NCBI GenBank assembly: GCA_963819655.1
Contig: CAWFXA010000002.1
Span: 768,001 to 832,000 of the forward strand
Origin: an uncultured Chloroflexia bacterium
Lineage (GTDB): Bacteria > Chloroflexota > Limnocylindria > Limnocylindrales > CSP1-4
Length of the DNA stretch: 64,000 nucleotides
Reading direction: 5' to 3'
Below, in pieces: positions 57,841 through 64,000 of this stretch. The notes beneath the pieces were generated by a model. That model did not search any database, was not told the DNA's origin, and saw nothing but the letters and a program-made list of their open reading frames with translations. Within the stretch, counting starts at the first letter, position 1, and the number at the start of each line of letters is the position of its first letter. The position numbers were made by a program, and so were the translations under genes.

Positions 57841-58542
57841 CTAGCGGCGCGGCATTTCCGCTTGGGTCCAGTCGGTGGCGGTCTCACCCGGGTGGTAGCG
57901 GGAGTTGGCGGCCTTGAATGTCATCGCGCGGAAACCCTGTGCTCGCCACGAGCCGATCCACGTCCCGATCGGCTCACGGACGTACGGGGTCGCGCGGACG
58001 AGCTGGCTCGGCGTCAGGATCAATTCGAGGATGCGCTTCCGCTCGAGCAGCGGGACGTCGAGAAGCCACTGACCGTCCAGCCAGAGCAGATCGACGACGA
58101 CGAGATTGACGACGTCCTCATCGTCGAAGCGAAGCTCCTCGGTCTCCGCCTCGCGCCGTTTCTCGTGCTCGTCGATCCGGTCGCGCCGCCCGCCGATGAG
58201 CAACCGCGACATCTGTCCGGCCGCCGTCGGGTACTCGGGCGTCCACGTGTGCACCCCGACTCCCTCGGACGCGATCTGTTTCGTCAGGTAGCCGTCGAAG
58301 ATCGCGCCCGCGCCCACAAGGCCGCTCGTGGCGCGCTCCAGGGCGCCAGCGAGTGGCTGGTGCCCGTCGAGCGTCTCGCCATCGACCCAAATGGTCCCGC
58401 GACCGTCGCCGACCGCCGCCAGGACCCGGTGACCCGGCCACGCTGGCTCGACCAGCGCGTCGGAGATGTTCGTCGGGCGGGTGCCCCCGAACTCCTGGGG
58501 CCGGAGCTGCCGAACGAGGTCGTGTGCGTCGCTGCCGATCAT
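57841..58542 (-). CDS. ATP-dependent DNA ligase adenylation-domain homolog, catalytically degenerate
   Basis: VEPAWPGHR, IFDGYL, VVDLLWLDG..LLDVPLLERKRIL, FKAANSRYHPG...W follow the LigC/LigD motif order. Confidence 0.75.
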   Translation of the reverse strand: MIGSDAHDLVRQLRPQEFGGTRPTNISDALVEPAWPGHRVLAAVGDGRGTIWVDGETLDGHQPLAGALERATSGLVGAGAIFDGYLTKQIASEGVGVHTWTPEYPTAAGQMSRLLIGGRRDRIDEHEKRREAETEELRFDDEDVVNLVVVDLLWLDGQWLLDVPLLERKRILELILTPSQLVRATPYVREPIGTWIGSWRAQGFRAMTFKAANSRYHPGETATDWTQAEMPRR

Positions 58543-58585
58543 CTCCACGCATCGTAGCGGGACTAGGCCCGCGTATCATCCGGCC

Positions 58586-59965
58586 GTGGCCAGCGCCGCC
58601 CCGTCCACCGGCCCAGCGTCACGCGCCCGTGGCCTTGCCGGCCTGACCCCGAGCGGCCGGGCGATCGTTCCGACCGCGTGGTCCCTGTACGACTTCGCGA
58701 ACACGATCTTCAGCTTCGCGGTCGTCTCAGGGGCGATCGGCCTGTACCTCAACGACCAGTTCGGCCCGCGGGACGGTGGTGTCCTCCTGGCCGTGTCGGT
58801 CGCGCTGAGCGTGGGCCTCAACGCCCTTGTCTCGCCGATCCTCGGGGCGATCTCCGACCGTGGCGGTCGGCGGATGCCGTTCCTCCTGGCGTTCACGGCA
58901 CTCTGCATCGGATCGACCTTCTTCATCGCCGACGTGGCGCCGCTCATCGGTCTCGCACTGTTCATGGTCGCGAACTTTGCGTACCAGGCCGCGTTGATCT
59001 ATTACGACGCGACGCTCAAGACGGTGTCGTACCCGGAGTCGCGCGGGCGGTCTGTCGGGCATCGGGACGGCGATCGGGTACTGCGGCACGATCGTCGTGG
59101 GTTGCTGATCGCGCTGCTCGACGTACCGGTCGAGGATCGGTTCCGACTGGCGGCCGCGCTGTATCTCGTGTTCGCCATCCCGATCTTCCTGGTCGTCAAG
59201 GAGCCGCGGCACCCGTGACGAACCGCCGCTGCGCGCGGCCGATGTCATCGCGGTCGTTCGGCCAGCTCCGCGACTCGATCGAGCATGCGCGTGCCGTCCC
59301 AGGACTCGGTCGGTTCCTTGTCGGACGGTTCTTCTACAGCGACGCTGTCAATACGGTCATCGTGGTCATGAGCGTCGTCACGACCGAAACGCTCGGCGTG
59401 TCCGACGCGGCGGCGAACGGGATCCTGCTCGGCCTCACCGTCGTGGCGAGTCGCGATGAGCTTCGTGTGGGGCTGGCTCGCCGACCGGATCGGGCCGAAG
59501 CGCACGCTTCTGATCGTGCTCGCGTCGTGGGCGGTCGGGCTTGTCATCGGCGGTCTGGCGATCGGACTCGGGTCGGGGGGCTTGCCGCCGTTCCTGGTCG
59601 CCGGAGCCATCCTCGGCTCCGGCCTCGGCGGCGTGACGGTGGCCGACCGGGTGCTGATGGTGCGGCTCTCCCCACCAGACCGGATCGGCGAGTTCTTCGG
59701 CCTGTATGGCCTCGTCGGGAAGGGCTCGCAGGTGATCGGCACGCTGCTCTACGGTCTGACCCTGTTCCTGTTCCTCGACCGGCTCGGCAACGGCGCCTAT
59801 CAGCTCGCGGTCCTCAGCCTCCTCGTGACGATGATCATCGGCGTCTGGCTGATCTGGCCGGTGCGCGACGATTGGGCGGGCAGCGAGGAGGTGCCCGTCA
59901 AGCCGGTCGTCCCGCCCGAGCGCCTCTCCCCGGCGAGCGCACCGATCGAGCCACGCGAGCTCTAG
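58586..59965 (+). pseudogene. UMF1/ATG22-like MFS transporter with several frameshifts (pseudogene or sequencing error)
   Basis: WSLYDFAN, GAISDRGGRR, YYDA, LSGIGTAIGY, FFYSDAVNT, GWLADRIGPK, EFFGLY; frame changes near 59051, 59101, 59213, 59253 and 59448. Confidence 0.8.
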
Positions 59966-59981
59966 TCCGTCACGCCGCGCC

Positions 59982-60779
59982 TCAGCGGTTCAAGCGGCGG
60001 TAGCGCCGGATCGAGAGCGGCAGGAACACCGCGATGATCGCGACCGGCCACAGCACCGCCAGCGCGATGGCATGCGTCGCCACGAACAATTCGCCGCCGA
60101 CGCCCGGGTTGCCGAACAGTGCCCGTGTCGCGGTGACCGTCGCCGACAGGGGGTTCCACTCGGCGAGGGTGCCCAGCCAGACGGGCATCGTCTCGGTCGG
60201 GGCGAAGGTGTTGGTGACCATCGTGAACGGGAACATGACGGTCTGGACGATGGCGAGGGCGGCCGCCCCTGTGACCACGAGGCCCATGAACATGCCCGCC
60301 CACAGGACCGCGAAGCGGAGCAGGAGGAGCAGTCCCACGGCCGCGGCGACTTCGGCTGGACCGGTGTGCCAGCGCCAGCCCAGGGCCAGACCGCAGGCGA
60401 CCATCACCGCCAGCCCGAGCGCCGCATACAACATGTCGGCGATGCCCCGGCCCAGGAGGACCGACAGCGACGACATCGGCATCGACCGGAAACGGTCCGT
60501 CACCCCGCGGTCGGCGTCCTGTGTGACCGCCATCATGGTCTCAGCGGTCCCGAAGGCCATCGTCATCACGAACATCCCGGGCATCAGGTACTCGATGTAC
60601 GGTCCGCCACCGGGGACGGTCATCGCGCCGCCGAACAGGAACGCGAAGAGCACGACAAGCATGATCATGAAGCCGAGGCCGGCGATGATCTGCATGGGCT
60701 CCCGGCGCCAGTATTGGAGCCCCCGCAGGGTCAGCGTCCAGGCATCGGCGAGGGTCCAACGGATCGTGCTCGCGGTCAT
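59982..60779 (-). CDS. ABC-2 exporter permease (DrrB-like)
   Basis: YLMPG, GVTDRFRSMPMS, WNPLS..V.A.R; 6 TM. Confidence 0.92.
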   Translation of the reverse strand: MTASTIRWTLADAWTLTLRGLQYWRREPMQIIAGLGFMIMLVVLFAFLFGGAMTVPGGGPYIEYLMPGMFVMTMAFGTAETMMAVTQDADRGVTDRFRSMPMSSLSVLLGRGIADMLYAALGLAVMVACGLALGWRWHTGPAEVAAAVGLLLLLRFAVLWAGMFMGLVVTGAAALAIVQTVMFPFTMVTNTFAPTETMPVWLGTLAEWNPLSATVTATRALFGNPGVGGELFVATHAIALAVLWPVAIIAVFLPLSIRRYRRLNR

Positions 60780-61759
60780 GCGGCCTCCTCCTCTCGGGTG
60801 GTGGTTTCGGCGGCATGGCCTGTCAGCTGCAGGAACACCTCATCGAGAGTCGGTCGGCGCACGCCAACGTCCTCGGCCTCGATCCCGCGGGCATCCAGAT
60901 CGCGGAGCAGCGCTGCCAGGGCCGCCAGTCGGTCGTCGACCGGTGCGCTGACGCGGCGACGATCGACATCGATCTCGGGATCCTGGGGTGACAGGCGGGC
61001 GAGCGCCTCCGCCGCCCCGGCGAGATCATCGTCGTGACGGACGATGCATTCGAGGCGATCGCCCCCGAACCGAGCCTTGAGCTGATCCGGCGATCCTTCG
61101 GCGATGACGCGGCCGAGGTCGACGACGCTGATGCGGTCGGCCAGTTGATCGGCCTCGTCCAGGTACTGCGTGGTGAGGAGGACGGTCGTGCCCTCGCGCA
61201 CGAGGGCGCGGATGGCCGACCAGACCTCGTTCCGGCCGCGCGGGTCCAGACCCGTGGTCGGCTCGTCCAGGAACAGGACCTCCGGCGCCAGGATGAGGCT
61301 GGTCGCCAGGTCGAGGCGTCGTCGCATGCCGCCCGAGTACCGCTTGACGGGCCGATCGGCAGCTTCCTCCAGACCGAACCGCCCCAGCAACTCGTCGGCC
61401 CGCCGACGGGCCGCCGCGCTTCCGATATGGAACAACCGCCCGAACATGACCAGGTTCTCGCGACCGCTGAGCGCTTCGTCGAGAGCGGCGGTCTGGCCGA
61501 CCAGCCCGATCCGCTTGCGCACCTCGCCGGCCGCCCGGCTGACGTCGTGCCCGGCGACTTCCGCGACGCCGCCGTCAGGACGGACGAGCGTCGCCAGGAT
61601 GCGGACGGCCGTCGTCTTGCCTGCGCCGTTCGGGCCGAGCAGCCCGCAGACGGTTCCGGCCGCTACCTCGAGATCGAAGCCGTCGAGCGCGGTCGTGGTC
61701 CGATATCGCTTCACCAGTCCGGTGGCCCGGATAGCCGGGCGACCAGGGGATCCATCCAT
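60776..61759 (-). CDS. ABC exporter ATP-binding subunit (DrrA-like)
   Basis: GPNGAGKT, YSGGMRRRL, LDEPTTGLD, LTTQYLDEA, RRPTLDEVFL; AGGAGG RBS. Confidence 0.95.
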   Translation of the reverse strand: MDGSPGRPAIRATGLVKRYRTTTALDGFDLEVAAGTVCGLLGPNGAGKTTAVRILATLVRPDGGVAEVAGHDVSRAAGEVRKRIGLVGQTAALDEALSGRENLVMFGRLFHIGSAAARRRADELLGRFGLEEAADRPVKRYSGGMRRRLDLATSLILAPEVLFLDEPTTGLDPRGRNEVWSAIRALVREGTTVLLTTQYLDEADQLADRISVVDLGRVIAEGSPDQLKARFGGDRLECIVRHDDDLAGAAEALARLSPQDPEIDVDRRRVSAPVDDRLAALAALLRDLDARGIEAEDVGVRRPTLDEVFLQLTGHAAETTTREEEAA

Positions 61760-61777
61760 GTTCTCCTCCTGACTCGA

Positions 61778-61822
61778 TACGGTGTACGGTGTTTCCCGGT
61801 CATGATACCGTACGCCATACGG
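61778..61822. promoter_or_regulatory. TAC-N3-GTA-type operators between the ABC operon and tetR
   Basis: TAC-GGT-GTA (61778-61786) and CCGTAC-GCC-ATACGG (61808-61822). Confidence 0.6.
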
Positions 61823-61851
61823 AGTTTGCAAGAGGTGCATCATCGTCCGCG

Positions 61852-62685
61852 ATGTCTCCCGAATATCTCGGCCGCGGCGATCCACGACGCAGCCTGGACC
61901 TGCTGTGGGGCGACGGCCCGCGTCCGACGCGCGGGCCCAAGCCCGGCCTGACGGTCGAATCGATCATCGAGGCGGCCATCGAGCTGGCCGGTCAGGACGG
62001 GATCGCCGGGCTCTCCATGCGTCGCGTCGCCGAGCGACTGGGTGTCGGGGCGATGTCTCTGTACACCTACGTGCCGTCGAAGGCCGAGCTCCTCGACCTG
62101 ATGCTCGACACCGTGTACGGCGAGCAGGTCGCGGCCATCCGGTCGGCGACTACCGGCGGGACGGCCGACGACCCACACGCCCCACTCACGGTCGAATGGC
62201 GCGCCGGCCTGGCGGCGCGCGCCCGGGCGGACTGGGATCTGTACCACCGGCATCCATGGATCTTCCAGGTGGCCCACGGCAGGGGTGTTCTTGGCCCCAA
62301 TGAGTTGCGTGCCTACGAAGCGACGCTACGCCTCGTCGACGGGCTGGGGCTGACCGGGCGCGAGATGGTCGCCGTTGTGGACCTGGTCGCGATGTATGTG
62401 GGCGGCGCGGCCCGCTTCGCCGTCGAAGCAGGCCAGGCACCGAAGGTGACCGGCATGTCCGACACGGAATGGTGGCTGGCGCGCGAACAGATCCTGGCTG
62501 AAAAGATCGGCGACGGGTCCGACTTCCCGACGGTGACCCGAGTGAGTGCTGACGGCGGCTTCGACGTGGCGCCGGATGCCGCGGACTACAACAAGGCGTT
62601 CGCTATCGATGACTTCGAGTTCGGCCTGGAACGGGTCCTCGACGGGATCGGCGGGTTCATCGCTGGGCGGCGTCAGTCGGCATAG
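61852..62685 (+). CDS. TetR regulator with TetR_C domain
   Basis: RGPKPGL, LSMRRVAERLGVGAMSLYTYVPSK, RHPW, GPNE, FEFGLERVLDG. Confidence 0.93.
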   Translation: MSPEYLGRGDPRRSLDLLWGDGPRPTRGPKPGLTVESIIEAAIELAGQDGIAGLSMRRVAERLGVGAMSLYTYVPSKAELLDLMLDTVYGEQVAAIRSATTGGTADDPHAPLTVEWRAGLAARARADWDLYHRHPWIFQVAHGRGVLGPNELRAYEATLRLVDGLGLTGREMVAVVDLVAMYVGGAARFAVEAGQAPKVTGMSDTEWWLAREQILAEKIGDGSDFPTVTRVSADGGFDVAPDAADYNKAFAIDDFEFGLERVLDGIGGFIAGRRQSA

Positions 62686-63671
62686 CCGCCCGGGCGCGCG
62701 CGGCGCCAGGCCCACGCCGAGCCGACCATCTCCTCCAGGTCCGGTCGCCGCGCCGCCCATCCGAGGATCGCTTTCGCGCGCAGTGGTGAGGCGACCAGGA
62801 CCGGGGGATCGCCGGGCCGTCGCGGCCCGACCTCGTAGTCGATCGGCCGACCCACCACAGCCTCGGCGGCCGCGATGACCTCCAGGTTGGTGGCGCCCTC
62901 GCCGTTGCCGAGGTTGCACGCGAGCAGACCGTCGCCCGTGCGCTGGTCGCCCGCGACGGTCGCCTCGAGCGCGAGGAGGTGGGCGTCGGCTAGGTCGGCA
63001 ACGTGAATGTAGTCACGGACGCACGTGCCGTCACGGGTCGGGTAGTCGTCCCCGAACAGTGTCAGCCGACGGCCGGCATCCACCGCCTGCAGGATCGCCG
63101 GGATGATGTGGGTCTCGGGCTCGTGGTCCTCGCCGATCGCGTCGGTCGCGCCGGCAACGTTGAAGTACCGCAGCGACACGCCGCGCAGCCCGTAGGCCTT
63201 CGCGTACCAGTCGAGCGCACCCTCGAATGAGCGCTTCGTCTCGCCGTACGGATTGATCGGGCGGAGCGGCGCGTCCTCGCTGATCGGGGTGGCGTCCGGG
63301 ACACCGTAGACGGCAGCGGTCGAGGACAGGACGAATCGGTCGACGCCGATCTCCCGCGCGGCCTCCAGCAGCGCGATGCCGCCGGCCACGTTGTCCCGGA
63401 AGTAGCGGGCGGGCTCGACCAGCAATTCGCCGACCAGCGAGCGTGACGCGCAATGGAGGATCGCCTCGATCCGCGCGTCGGCGAGAAGTGAGGCAGTCGC
63501 CGACCCGTCGCCGTAATCGCCGACGACCAGACGCGCCCCGTCCGGCACAGCCGCGCGGTGCCCGGTCGAGAGGTCGTCCAGCACGACGACCTCATGGCCG
63601 GCCGCGAGGAACGCCTCGACGGAGACCGCACCCACGTAGCCCGCCCCGCCTGTGACGAGGATCCGAGTCAT
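62673..63671 (-). CDS. galE: UDP-glucose 4-epimerase
   Basis: VTGGAGYVG, SSTAAVYG, NPYGETK, LRYFNVAGA, GEDHEPETH, DGTCVRDYIHV, RRPGDP. Confidence 0.95.
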   Translation of the reverse strand: MTRILVTGGAGYVGAVSVEAFLAAGHEVVVLDDLSTGHRAAVPDGARLVVGDYGDGSATASLLADARIEAILHCASRSLVGELLVEPARYFRDNVAGGIALLEAAREIGVDRFVLSSTAAVYGVPDATPISEDAPLRPINPYGETKRSFEGALDWYAKAYGLRGVSLRYFNVAGATDAIGEDHEPETHIIPAILQAVDAGRRLTLFGDDYPTRDGTCVRDYIHVADLADAHLLALEATVAGDQRTGDGLLACNLGNGEGATNLEVIAAAEAVVGRPIDYEVGPRRPGDPPVLVASPLRAKAILGWAARRPDLEEMVGSAWAWRRARPGGYAD

Positions 63672-63681
63672 GGGCCGAACC

Positions 63682-64000
63682 TTAGCGGCGGCGGAGCCGA
63701 TCGATGATGGATCGCCGCTCCGGTGTTCTGGCAGGCTCCGACTCCCCATCCGGCGCTGGCACGGCCTCGGGCCGCGCCGGTGGGGGCGGTGGGGCTGCCG
63801 GCATCGGATCGTCCACGGGTTCGCCGCGGGTCGCGAGCACTTCCTCGAGTCGGACCGCCAGCCGGCGCGCCGCCTCGTTCTCCGGATCGATGACGAGTGC
63901 GCGCCGGGCGAGCAGGTAGGCCCCCAGGTCGTCCGTCCGCTCCAGCGCCACCCGCGCCAGACCGACGACCGCGATCGAATTGCGCGGATCCGACGTCGCG
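63682..64000 (-). CDS. TPR-containing protein (5' end outside the window)
   Basis: DPRNSIAVVGLARVALE...ARRALVIDPEN TPR pattern, Pro-rich tail. Confidence 0.7.
   Translation of the reverse strand, partial: ATSDPRNSIAVVGLARVALERTDDLGAYLLARRALVIDPENEAARRLAVRLEEVLATRGEPVDDPMPAAPPPPPARPEAVPAPDGESEPARTPERRSIIDRLRRR

Noticed and set aside
1-64000. rRNA, tRNA, known riboswitches
   Set aside because: None recognised by eye; a covariance-model search is needed to exclude them.

Overview
High-GC bacterial chromosomal window with monoderm-type surface proteins. The gene set and many apparently leaderless genes suggest an uncultured Chloroflexota (Limnocylindria-like) or Actinomycetota organism; this is inference. 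Order along the window: a CYTH-like/Ppx-GppA fusion and a Ca2+-type P-ATPase; a short decayed region (HxlR remnant, MFS/response-regulator chimera); an actinobacterial-type qcrCAB-ctaCDF operon with no subunit III; TetR_C loci with visible TAC-N3-GTA operators; an S1C protease-MoxR-DUF58-vWA-vWA operon; nfeD-SPFH; three tandem Tad pseudopilin cassettes; a two-component system; a repeat-expanded 1.2-kaa secreted protein; a Ggs / USP-USP-GpgS / GNAT / glycerate kinase operon with an embedded Phd-VapC module; a degenerate DNA-ligase-like gene; a frameshifted MFS; an ABC exporter with TetR; galE. The strongest candidate for an undescribed system is the Tad region. Three divergent TadE-PKD / TadE / TadG cassettes and a neighbouring secreted-protein gene each carry the same upstream GCAAGGT-N5-GCAAGGT direct repeat (12-bp period) 8-9 nt before a -10-like hexamer, next to an OmpR-family regulator and a short-loop histidine kinase. 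I saw no rRNA, tRNA, CRISPR, integrase or transposase. Several 1-nt frameshifts may be sequencing errors.
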